NCBI GenBank assembly: GCA_024137785.1
Contig: JAHRHZ010000023.1
Location: 37,030,362 to 37,094,361, forward strand
DNA: 64,000 nt
Direction of reading: 5' to 3'
Source of the DNA: Ginglymostoma cirratum
Lineage: Eukaryota
Shown here: positions 52,585 through 64,000 of the stretch, one piece after another
Layout: the number at the start of each line of letters is the position of its first letter
Position numbering within the stretch: the first letter of the stretch is position 1
Program-made: the position numbers and the translations under genes
The notes under the pieces: model-generated
Database searches by the model: none
Seen by the model: only the letters and a program-made list of their open reading frames with translations
What the model was told of the DNA's origin: nothing

Positions 52585-53090
52585 TCTAGCTAGGCCACAA
52601 CTGGAGTATTGAATCAGCTTCTGGTCACCACACTTTCAGAATGATGTGAGGATTTTTGAAAGGGAGTGGAGAAGATTTACCTGAATAGTTCCGAAGACAT
52701 GAGGATTTTAACTCCAAGGTTCGTTTGAAGAAATTGGGCTTGTTCTCCTTGGAGCAAATAAAATTGAAAGGAGATTTCATGGAAGTGTGCGGGATAATGA
52801 CAATTTTGGACAACACAGACAAAGCAAAGCTGTTCCCATAAGCTGTTGGTGCAAGGATAGTTTTAAACCTTTAGATTAAGAAATACAGAGGTTAAAATAC
52901 GATAATCTTTTTTATACAGGGAGGACTAATGATTGCAACTTGCTGCCATGAGAGTGATGGAAATAAAGATAATCAATAATTTCAACAGAAGATTGGATGG
53001 GGACTTGCAGCAAATAAACTTACACAGTTACAAGGACACAGCAGGGAAATGGGACTGACTGTTTTCTTCTATTGAGCGCTAGTACGGACT
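52585..53090 (+). mobile_element. Older CR1 3' remnant
   Basis: aggccacaactggagtattg (RPQLEY) and ggcttgttctccttggag (GLFSLE). Confidence 0.75.
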
Positions 53091-54589
53091 GAATTAGCTA
53101 AGTGCTCTTCTCGTGTCTCCTAAAGCACTCTATATATGTGTATATATTCCATTGGTCTCTGATTGACTTCTGTGCCTGTTTGTAATCAGTGTATCCAAAC
53201 CTTCAATTCTCTCTTAACCTCTACGGTTCCTAGCTTTTCCCCATCTTTATCTTTCACCAAAGTGACTTCTGGCCGGTTAAAGTGCTATGAATTCCCCAGA
53301 CACTAAGGAGTTTTGGAGCTCAGTTCTATACCTGTGTGTATGTTTTAAAACACTTGTATCCCTCCTGACACTTCTGTTGTAGTAGATTTTTTTCTCCAAG
53401 CTACAAATTTACATTGGATTACTGCAAGTCTTTCATTGCGGCAATGTCAGTGAAATTAAGTGCATATCTGCTTGGATATATAATATTCAAATATTTTGGT
53501 ACTATTGTGAAAATCATTCACTCTTCAAACATTTGTTGTATTCTTAAAGGCAATAACAAATTAGTTTGTGGAAAATGGATGCACTGAAATTTCCACTAAT
53601 AATTTATTTAGAATGTACAAACCAGAATTTCGAATTTGAGAACTTCATTTCTGGTAGTGTTATTCAACTGTTTGCACCCAAAAGGGAATGTAGTCCTATA
53701 ATTTTCTGACATAAATATTTGTCTCGTTAGAAATTGTTGGTCATGATTTCAGTGCCATATCCTGATTTATATTCACTCAATTATGTGTATGCCTTTTGCA
53801 TTTATTTTCTTCCAAATAGTTGGGATGATTTTGTAATTCACTGTTTTAGTGAGGAGGGTCACTCTCACAGGGTGCCATGTTTGGGGAATCACTGCAACAC
53901 TAGCTACGTCCTGTCTTCCCAAACAGTGAGCCTTTTCTGCTGGGAGTGCACAATTGTTTTCACTATTTTCATTTGAAATACATTGGCAACAGATGGAGAG
54001 CGAGTTAATACAGCATTCTTATAAACTGCAGTTCTGGATTGAGTTTGTGTTATACCAGTTCCACAACACCACAGCTCCCTGATCTTAGCATGTTCTTTAA
54101 ATGACTACTGACATGGTGAAAAGAAAAGTAAATTTATTGCAGCAATTAATTGACAAATTTATGCACTTCTTCTGAATAGTTTACTGTACTTCTAAATTAG
54201 TGTGAACTAACGTAATTATTAATTATCAGTTCCAGGATGTTAAAAATGTAAACCTTCCCAGAATGTAAATGACCATGCAGTTTTCTGTCTCTGAGTATGC
54301 TGATGAAAGTCCTCCCAGTGGATCTATTGAGCAGTTATGCACCTCAAAAATGATATGTAAGATTTGTATGAAGGTATATTCGATGCCTGCCTTGGATAGA
54401 TATATGAACTATAACATTATGTAGAATTAGATGGAGCATATGGAAACGAGACATTTGACCCAACCAATCCATGCTGGTGTTTCATTTGAGCCTCCTCCTG
54501 TTCTTCCTCCTCTGATTATACCAGTATAACCCTTCATTTGTTTCTCTCTCAAAAGCATATCCACCCTTGCAATAAGTGCATCTGCATCT

Positions 54590-54692
54590 TCAGTTCTGAA
54601 GAAGGCTCACTGGACTGGAAATATTAACTCTGTTTTATCTTGTCAGATGCTGCCAAAGCTATTGAGTTTTTCCAGCAATTTCTGTTTTTGCA
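54590..54692 (+). mobile_element. Penelope family B single arm with hammerhead motif, inside a CR1 remnant
   Basis: AGTT-CTGAAGA-AGGCTCACTGGACTG-GAAATATT-AACT with stem I AGUU/AACU retained; flanks tgcatctgca / tgcctctgca. Confidence 0.7.
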
Positions 54693-54859
54693 ATGCCTCT
54701 GCACTATTAATCTCAGTTGTGGTAGCGAGTTCCACATTCCCACTGCTCTCTCAATTAAAGAGTTTCTTCTGAATTCTCTGTGACTTCTTGGTGATTCTTA
54801 CAACATTGGCTTTTTGTTTTACTCTTCCACAAAATGGAAACTCTGCCCTAAATTTGGGA

Positions 54860-55775
54860 GATGTACTCTGCACAGGGCTGTGCTGTTCATAATCTGTATC
54901 AATGACTTAGATGAGTAGATCAAATATAATATTTATGGTTAGCTGATGATACAAAATTAGGTGCGAAAATGAATTGATACAGTAATGCAAAGTGACTTCA
55001 TGGGAGTTGGACAGCCTAAGTGAATGGGCAAGAACATAGGTGATGAAAGAAAATGTGGAAAAATGGGAAAAACAGAATTGCAGAACGTTTCTCAAATGGT
55101 CAGAGATTGGAAAGAGTTGATGTCAAAGTGGACCTGGATGTTCTTGGTCATGAGTCAGTGAAACCAAATATCCAGGTATGTTAAGCAGTTTGGAAGACAC
55201 AGGTACATTAACCTTTTTCACGGGTCGATTTGCATACAGGGCGTAAAGATGTTTTGTCACAATTGCACAGAGCCTTAGTGGCATCTGGGGTATTGTATGC
55301 AGATTTGATTTCCTTACCTAGGGAAGGATACAGTATATTTGCCATATAAGAGTGCAATGAGATCAATTTCTGCAATAGCAAAATTGTCTAATTAGGAGAC
55401 ACTAAGGAGACTGGGCCTGTGTTTTCTAGGGTTTAGAACAATGAGTGGTAATCTCATTTAGATACAATTTGTTTTACCGGGCTTGATAGAGTAGAGGCAA
55501 GAAGGATATTTCTCTGGGTTTGGGGGAGGGCTCTAGAACTAGGAGACATGGTCTCAGTATATGGGACAAACATTTAGGACTGGGATGACGGTGGCTCAGA
55601 TTGTGGTGAATGTTTGGAATTGTCCACCACAGAAGGCTATGGAGGCTTAGTCGCTGAGCATATTCAAACCAGAAATTGAAGATTTCAATAAATACTAAAG
55701 AATTCATCAACTGTGATCTAATTGAATGGTGGAGCAACATTGAAGAGTTGAATGTCTTACTTTTGTTCCTATTCC
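54860..55775 (+). mobile_element. CR1 LINE 3' remnant
   Basis: INDLD and ADDTKLG motifs plus a CR1 3' UTR. Confidence 0.8.
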
Positions 55776-57905
55776 ATACATTTTAATGTTCTGAGTTTAG
55801 GAAAACCAGGAAGAATGAGTCTCCTGAATGCTAAGCAGCAGTTGACTTGTCTGAATCCTTGTAGAGATGAATAATTTTAAAAACGCTGTCCAGTAAGTGG
55901 ACACTCTGTTGCCCCTAAACTGATCCATAACTATTCTCTGCTTCCAATGATCAGTTTCCATTTTCCTTTCCCTGTCCAGTAATTTCTAATCTAGAACTGA
56001 CTTTTACTGTGAGGGTTACACCAGAAATCCCACCCAAGGTTCTAATTGATGAACAACAGAATCAGTAGTTTCTCTGCTGCAGATGCAGATCCATTGCCTT
56101 TATTTCCTGCTATCTCTCTTATAGATTATTTCAGACTCATTTGGGTCTGTGTGGTGCAGTGATAGCTTTGGAAACTATATAACTCAATTTTACAGTGACT
56201 TGCTATAAAATATTCCATTGTCAAAGTTCAATTTTACTATAGAACGAATGACATGGACCCCGCATCCAGGCAGAAATGTTAAATAGCTATCCTTTAGACT
56301 TTCAACTCTATTCTAGCTTGGAATTAAATAGACAATTTACAGTAACAGTCTCTGAGCAAAGTTAGCACAGATGCCTTTGTCATTTTACAAAGGCGTGAAT
56401 ATCTTGCACCTTCTCAGTAAGTCTCGTGACTTGGGTTCTTCTTGTTTCCATAACTTGTAATGATATAAAAGCTTGTTGCAGATAGAATTCAGAGTAGATC
56501 ATATGATCCCTTACATCTCTGCATTTTACCTTAAATTAAAGGGACTATGTCAAACTGCATAACGACCTTAGAAATTTCATATTTGGGAGAACTGCCTTTA
56601 ATGGTGCCTTTAAGTCAGATTCCAAAGACAGGCTGGAAAATTTTTGGAAAAAGAATCTTGTTTCACAGGGTTGATGGGTACAAGAAAATATTGGAAGAGA
56701 CAGAGAGAGATCCTGGGTGGATGTCCTAATCATAGTACATGGATTAGTGTCTGGTCGCACCAGGGTTTGGGCAGGGAGCATTATTTGGAGTCCAGGGGTG
56801 ACCGAGCTGGCAGACAGATCGTGGGGGTGTGTTTGCTGAGTAGCCTGTTTCACCTGATGGAAATATTCCTGCTCCTTCTGACACACAAGCTGAGCCATAA
56901 AGATGTCTGGCACATGCAGCCCTTCTAACCTCATTTAAACTACCAAATTTCCCAAGGTTTCAAGAAATCTGATTGGACATTAAAAATAGCATAACTGTTA
57001 AGGTAGCCTCATTATAATATTTAAATAACCAACTCACTTCCCATGAACAGACTGGTTACTCACCCCACATCTCATCACCATTAAAAGTATAAATTAAAGT
57101 TTGAGCTATATTAAATTCCTTCTTAAAATTTCTTGCATTTTAACCATGATCCGAACATACCTATTCAGCCACCTTAATGGACTGTGGCAAATTCTTTGAT
57201 AATTTTACAGACCTTCACTAGGTTATCCAACAGACTTGGCTTGTCAAGAGAATGAAGATGTAGCCTGTACATCCTCTCCTGAAACGTATAACATTACATT
57301 TCTGGTAGCATTCTTTTAATTTTTTTCTACCCTCTTCAGTACATCTTATACCCTTTCTCTTGTACAATTGTGTACAGTGCCCAAACTGAGGTCTACCAAA
57401 TATTAAGCGTAAATTTTCAATTCTATCCCACGATAAAGCCCTGGTACTTTGTTTCTTTTACAACTTTATTAGCCTGCATCACTAAATCTATGATTTGTTT
57501 GCATTTTTTGTCCACAATCCTTTCCTCTTCCATCTCTTTCAGGTTTGTATTTTCTAACTAATAAGATTACTAAGAGACCTCCTTGACTTCTTACCAAAGT
57601 CTAACATCTCAGCCATATCTGAGTTGAAATTCATTTGCCAGGGACTTGGGAGGGTAGCAGTTATTTCTGTCCATCTTGTACTCAGCCTGTGCATAAACTC
57701 TTGATTTCAGTCACGTCAGTCTGGACAAATGGAAGCTAAATGCCTTATCAGCGGATGGTGAGAAACAAAAAGAACCAATTATATGACCGCTTTCCATGTT
57801 CATTATTATTTTCTTATAATGTGCATTGTCCTGTTTAATATTGACCATGTCCCCCGTTAAAAGGAATAAATTATGAGCTGGTCTGTCATGCAATTTGTTT
57901 TGCAG

Positions 57906-57982
57906 GTGACCTGGCAGCTCTAAAGAAGAAGACCTTTGTGTTGAAGGAAGGTGCAGAATACAGATTGAAAATTAACTTTAAA
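57906..57982 (+). CDS. ARHGDIG: RhoGDI gamma coding exon 4
   Basis: ttgttttgcag|GT GAC...TTT AAA|GTAAG. Encodes (G)DLAALKKKTFVLKEGAEYRLKINFK; phase 1-0. Confidence 0.96.
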
Positions 57983-59071
57983 GTAAGAGATGTTTTAATG
58001 ACATCCTGTGCATTCTGCTATATTGAACTGGTTTACAGTGTATTTAATGCCTTCCTCTCATAGAATTACAATACAGTACAGCAATCTAATGATGGCTCTG
58101 TCCTAGTCATTCAAACATTGATTACTTTACTGCATTAATATTGTTTCCTGGTATTTTAATCCTTAGAGTATTTGATCTTTATTTTATGTATGGCCTTTAT
58201 TATTTCATTCAATTTTGTGTCACTTGGTGCTGAATATCAACCTACTTGTGCACTACTTGTGCTTGATGCTTACTGATCACTCCAGCAAAAGATTAATGTC
58301 TTTGAAATTGGCTTTCTACATGGAATAAAACAGACTGATTCATTGTTGCCTTTATTGTGCTATTTCTGAAAACTGATTTCATGTCAATGGTTCTGATATT
58401 ATTTCAGAGCTTGAATATTTTGGATAAGAACATTATCTCAACAGTACATATATTCTATAAGACCTTGGGAGTACATTCCTATGAAAGATATATTTTTGCA
58501 TTTGATACATTTAACAAATTCATATACCTCGTCAACTCATTCTTTCCTCCACTATTCCCTATGTTATTTTATGTTTGTACTAATGCATGTTTGTCCATGT
58601 GATGTATAATGTAAAAGTTGTTAGTTTTCTTGAGAAGTTCTCTTTATACAATGATTTCTATGTTAGATTTCATGAAAGCAACATTACTAACTCTTTGACA
58701 AAGGCTATAATCCCAGATATGCTTTGCTTAAGGACCATGTTCTGGCATACCAAACATTTTACAGCAATGGTTTTTAAACTCCTTTGTGAATGGGTGGCAC
58801 ATGTTTTGTATCCATCTTGGACTTAGCTTGCACAATTTCAGCCAAATCACTCTAGGCGAATGGAAGCTAAATAGCTTACCACAGGATGTGAGTGGTGACA
58901 CGTGGAGGTGCAAGTCTATGGGGAATTCAAAGAGAGATCGGTTGGTATTGAACCACAGCCATACTATGAACGTAACTGTATAAATGTCTTGAGCTTAAGA
59001 CATTGTTGTAAATTGTAATCAGTTTAATGTTGAAACTTAAGATTCAAATGAATTATTGATTTATCTTTTAG

Positions 59072-59135
59072 GTTAACAGAGAAATTGTTTCAGGCTTAAA
59101 GTATGTCCATTTTACATGCAAAGGCCGTTTGCAGG
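59072..59135 (+). CDS. ARHGDIG: RhoGDI gamma coding exon 5
   Basis: atcttttag|GTT AAC...CAG G|GTGAGT. Encodes VNREIVSGLKYVHFTCKGRLQ; phase 0-1. Confidence 0.95.
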
Positions 59136-59930
59136 GTGAGTTGCATGATATGGTGTGAATTTATAATATCTTAAATTGCTAGTCTAAAACTTATGAAGTT
59201 ATACATATCTTTCTTCCAAGGTAAGGGGGAGATAGACCAGTTTGCCTATGCCATACATTCATGTACTGTACTTGGAACTGCTTCTGTATTGAGATTTGGG
59301 CTATTACAGGTTCAAATTTTACCTCGGTATTTCTGCCACCCAGAGAAGAAATAAAGAGTTTTTCGCTGTTCTTGACAGGTTTATTGCACTGTCATGCCTA
59401 ATATTTGTTTTATGTGAAGTAATTAGGATGCTTTTCACAGGATTAATGGGAGTGCAACATAGTTTTCCCATCACAAGCTCAAACCCTTCAGTGAATGATC
59501 TCAGGATAGATACTTCCCGTAACAAATTGGTGGCTCTTGTTAACCATGATTAATATTAAGAGCAAGTGCTTATTCTTCGCTTATTGATGATATTTTTCAT
59601 GGGCAATAACTCGCTTGGAACAAAAAAACCTTATGTTTCTATACAGTGATTTTATTTGCATACATTATAATTCTAGCTTCTGCAAGTAATGTGGAAGTAA
59701 TTCACATCCAGTTACTTGAAAATTATATTCACTGAAAAAAAGCCCTGAAGGCAGCCATGTAACTCACTATAACTTTCCTGTACCATTGTTAATCAGACAT
59801 GCTTTCAGGCAGGTAGTTACAGCAGCATGTTCTGAAGGGATTGTTACTAAGGGATTGTATGATTTGGTTAAGTGGTTGTGAGCTTTACTTTCTAAATCTT
59901 TTAATTGTTCTCATTCTTTATTCCAAACAG

Positions 59931-60130
59931 CGAGTAAGGACACCTATATGGTTGGCAGCTATGGCCCTAGAGCAGATGAGTACGAGTTTATAAGTCCAAT
60001 TGAAGAAGCACCCAAAGGAATAATGGTGAGGGGCATGTACACCATGAAGTCCCATATCACAGATGATGACAAAAGTGACCACCTGCACTGGGAGTGGAAG
60101 CTCAATATAAAGAAAGATTGGAAGGACTAG
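59931..60130 (+). CDS. ARHGDIG: RhoGDI gamma coding exon 6 (terminal)
   Basis: ttccaaacag|. Encodes (A)[29 protein letters not shown]...[23 protein letters not shown]. Spliced CDS is 675 nt = 224 aa + TAG. Confidence 0.97.
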
Positions 60131-60814
60131 GACCTGCTCACTTTGAAATGAGTAACCAGTAGTCAGCAGGATTACTGTCCTTTGGTACCAAAGTTACTTT
60201 AAGGCTTTTTAATTACTGTTCCTAATTGTGTACATCATTATATGTGCAAAAGTAACTATTTGTCTGCAAAACCTGTTGTTTTTAGTACAAGTGCTTTAGG
60301 TAGTTATGTGTGTTCTGGTGTTTAAAATGGTGAAAAGAAGATTTATATCAAAACAATGACTATTCAAAATTGGTTACATGCAAACACGGATATGAGAAAG
60401 ATTAACTTGCTGTGAGCGGCTAAAAATACGCTATGTAATAACATTCAAAACGTCAATAGTGAAATTATGAATAATGAATTCTGCTTCATCATAAAATATT
60501 AGCAGATGTAAACTTGAAATAAAAACAAAAATGCTGGAAGTGCGTAGCAAGTTAATTGGCATCTAAAAAAGAAAGGCATTTCAACCTGTAACAATTCATC
60601 AGAAATGCAGATAACTGCTCTGGATTCTCTTTTTTTTTCCCACAATGGGTTGAATTTTATTTTCATGGTGAAAAACCATCTGAAAAGTAGTTAAAAAGTA
60701 ATATTTTAAACATTAAATGGCAAAAACAAATACCTGATCAATTTGCAATACAAATTAAACAATCAAATTGAATAGTCACTTTGCAACTATACAATTAACA
60801 CCTTTACTATTAAC

Positions 60815-60905
60815 TGCAACGATTACACTTTAAAAGTACTTCAGTGTCTGTGAAGAACATTGGGATGCCCTGAGGTTGTGAAAGGCACTATGTAAATGCT
60901 TCTTA
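60815..60905 (+). mobile_element. Deu-type SINE 3' tail within putative 3' UTR
   Basis: tacactttaaaagtacttca...ttgggatgccctgaggttgtgaaaggcactatgtaaatgc, related to 36855-36945 and 15790-15935. Confidence 0.6.
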
Positions 60906-61555
60906 CCGTCTTTTTATTTTTTTTGAGGCTTTCACATCGAAGCTGTATTTTATCACGTAATATCCCCTAGTTCTGAATACAGACTTATTTGCTAATGTCA
61001 GACATTCTTCACGTCTAGAAACTTTCGAATTTTTTTCTTTCAAAATGTGTTTTTTTTCTCTGTGCGCACAAATAACTTTTGCTTAAGGTACAAAATTGGA
61101 GAAACTGAAATGTTATTGCCTTGTTGTGATATCTTTTATCTTTATTTTGCCTTCCACAAAGTCCAATTCATTCAGGTAGCTCTTCTGTGATTATTGTGGT
61201 TAAGGCAGCATGTTAAATAGTATGAAAATGTATGTTAAAGCGCAGAGGAGTATAACACAATGGAGCTAATGCAGTTCACATTCCAGCTTTTGCTGTTGTG
61301 TCTCTCTCTGAGAATCAAGTATGTAACTTACAAATTCATCTCCCTATTGACCTCTTTAATTTCAGAGCTCTTTGTGACATTACAGCAAGGTTCTGAAAAT
61401 ATTATAAGATTCAAATCTGAAAATTAAAGGACCCTTGTTAACTGCAGTCAAGGTTTCATTGTGTTATCAACCTGTTTTACCCAGTTACATACATTCTGTC
61501 TTCTTGTGGGTTTATTATTTTTTCTGTGACCTGTATCTAAAGGGATGATGCTTCA

Positions 61556-61561
61556 AATAAA
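61556..61561 (+). terminator. Candidate polyadenylation signal of ARHGDIG
   Basis: AATAAA followed ~30 nt downstream by a U/GU-rich tract (tccttttgcttttttgtttg); would give a 3' UTR of ~1.45 kb. Confidence 0.5.
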
Positions 61562-62529
61562 GTTTGGGCATGAACAGGACTCAAAGTTGATCCTTTTGCT
61601 TTTTTGTTTGATCACAATGAATAGCACATTTGCAACTACACAAAAAATCTTTGGCAAAGGCTAATCTTAAGAAATCTTCTGTAGTTTTTAGCTTGGCAAA
61701 GTGTGTTCGACAGATGTGATTCAGTTATTGTCCATTTTGTCCTATTGTAATGAATTGTAATGTAACATTTTAAATTTCATGGTAAATTATCACTTTTGGC
61801 ACCTGATAGAAAACTGCGTTGGAGGTTAAGCTGGCCTTCTCTTTTATGCACTGTTTCATTTGTTTCCATTGGCTTCACCTGACTGTTTTATCTGATAAAT
61901 GCATACAGGATGAAACCTTGGCCAGAATGGACATGATGAGAGTGGACATGATGATTGGGGGTGGTCAAATTAGGACACGAATACTCTCCTACTGATTCCT
62001 GGCAGCAGGAAATCTGGCCCTAATCAGCTTGTAGAATGGGAAGGCTTGATATGGGAACCCTGCCTACTGATAGTGGAATGTCAATTAGGCTTCACAAAAG
62101 ATAAATTCAAAGGCAATTATTGGTGAGCCCATTGTAATTCACTGGTGGGACAGGAATTTAACAGGACTCGTACACGTCTCCTGTGGCTCTCAAAGGCTGT
62201 CCTGTAAGTGGCAGGTTTTCCTGTGATCATTTAGTGTGAGCCTCTTGTTGACAGGTGCAGCAAAGTGGAGAGTGCATAAATGCAATTCAACTCATTGCTT
62301 CCGAAGCCTCCCCCTCTCCTGCCTTTCATGGCATCAACTGTTTTCTCACTATATCCTACCAAACTGGCCTCATTAATGACCTACGCCGTACCGTGGACAA
62401 CTTGCCAGTACCGAGATATCACTCAATGGACTATCAGCCCTTGTGACATCTTTAAAAGCCTGTTTCACTCTTGAATAAGTACTGTCAGTCTGAATCTGTC
62501 CTGTGCAGACCCTGATATTTGCCCTGGAC

Positions 62530-63100
62530 ATGGCAGACAAGGAAAGATTGGCACCCTGTTTTATGAGCAGGGACGTGGAGGTTCTGGTGGTGCAGAGGTG
62601 GGATGTCCTGTAATGCCAGAACCAGCAGAGATCACAAAGCTAAACCATGTGAGCCTGATCTGATGTTGCCACCTGGGCCAGTGCAGGCAAAGCTGTATGG
62701 AGGAATGCACAGCAATGCAGGAAGAGCATTAATGACCTTCCCCAATCCACCAGTGCAAGTGCCACCATCTTATTTGCAATACCTCAAACACACTCTAACT
62801 CTGTTATCCTGCCCACCTCCTATTACCACTCTCATTATTACCCGTAACATCTTGCCTCACTCACTGTCACTCACCTCAACCCCTGACACCACTGACCTTG
62901 CATACTCTCTGCCCTGCCCATTCACTTGTTTGGGACATCTCCTCTACCTACACCTGCCTCTCTCTCATCCCAGGAGGAAAATGTGCCACAACAGAGCAGA
63001 AAGACTCAAGAAAGACTTGAGCTGCCCAATATTCAGCTCCTCACTCCTTATACAGACAGCATCCTGACTCTAATTGCCCTGAGCAACTTACTGACCATGT
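62530..63100 (+). mobile_element. Harbinger-like Myb/SANT ORF remnant with intron
   Basis: In-frame MADKERLAPCFMSRDVEVLVVQRWDVL*...DVATWASAGKAVWRNAQQCRKSINDL with four stops; acceptor ctctcatcccag| at 62973, then KMCHNRAER. Confidence 0.7.
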
Positions 63101-63296
63101 ACAAGCCCTTGTATTGATATCAAAAGCTGTTCTTGACACATTGTGCTGGAACCTTCTGTCTGAAGGCTTGTCTGAGGCTTGGTCCTGACCATGACTTCCT
63201 GGCTTTGTGTCTGTGCTGAGCAGCCTGACACTAGAGCTATAGTGTGGGCCTGGTTTCTCCAGCTGAGAGGCAAGGCAAGGATGCTGCAAGGACTTT

Positions 63297-63648
63297 GGGG
63301 AGGTGATGACCTAGTCGTATTATTGCTGGACTGTTAATCCAGAGATCCCAGATAACGTTCTGGGGACCCAGGTTCGAATCCTGCCACGGCAGATGGTGGA
63401 ATTTGAATTCAATAATTATCTGGAATTAAGAGTTTAACGATGACCGTGAATCCATTGCCAATTGTTGGAAAAACCCATCTGGTTCACTAATGTCCTTTAG
63501 GGAAGGAAACTGCCATCCTTACCTGGTCTGACTCCAGACCCACAGCGATGTGTTTGAGTCTTAACTGCCCTCTGGGCAATTAGAGATGGGCAATAAATGC
63601 TGCCTGGCCAGCGACGCCCCCATCCCGTGAATGAATAAAGGAAAAAAA
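63297..63648 (+). mobile_element. tRNA-derived SINE, full length
   Basis: A-box-like TGACCTAGTCG, B box GGTTCGAATCC (63371-63381), A-rich tail; at least four other copies in the window. Confidence 0.9.
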
Positions 63649-64000
63649 GCCATCCAGGTAGGCTCAGAGTGAGCCCTATGACAGTGAGCAAAGAGCCTGG
63701 AGATGCAGCTTGGTCCTACCCCTGCGCTCACTGTGTCCCTGAGTGAATAGTGTCCTTGCAGCTACATTACAGTGGTAGCCGGTGGGGAAGGTGCAGCATT
63801 GATATGCAGGAGCATCCTGGAAGTGTCAAAGTACCACAAAGGGACTTCGAGGTTGCTACATTGCAGATGCCAATGTCGCTGGTTGTTCTCAGCGTGTGGT
63901 CAGTTCCATGAAGAGTGGCTAGAAATGTTGGTGCTATGTGTCCAATATGGCGGTTCTTTGGATGATCAAGTGGTGAGCTTTAGTCAGCAGCTACCTGCTC

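Noticed and set aside
62530-62543. ATGGCAGACAAGGA identical to ARHGDIG exon 2 start (23018-23031)
   Set aside because: Similarity stops after 14 nt and the downstream sequence is a Myb/SANT remnant; coincidence, not exon duplication.
63297-63390. tRNA gene candidate with A and B boxes
   Set aside because: No proper cloverleaf or poly-T terminator; it is the head of a multi-copy SINE.

Overview
Vertebrate, repeat-rich genomic DNA. The repeat repertoire (HE1/V-SINE, Deu-type SINE tails, abundant CR1, Penelope-like elements) points to a shark or other cartilaginous fish; this is an inference. One complete host gene is present on the + strand: a six-coding-exon Rho GDP-dissociation inhibitor, ARHGDIG (RhoGDI3/gamma), CDS 13806-60130, 224 aa, all introns GT-AG and phase-consistent. 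The rest is mostly decayed transposable elements: CR1 and RTE LINEs, tRNA-SINEs, a Gypsy-like remnant, and four Harbinger-type Myb/SANT remnants sharing an intron acceptor. The most distinctive signal is a set of at least three families of short Penelope-derived insertions that carry minimal hammerhead-ribozyme motifs. They mostly sit as head-to-head hairpins, and family A has clear target-site duplications with junction microhomology. One young copy with an intact core lies in intron 3 and spans a 400-N gap that is probably an artefact of the hairpin. Penelope-associated hammerheads are a known class, so I do not claim a wholly new system. Nearly all listed short ORFs are spurious or TE-derived.
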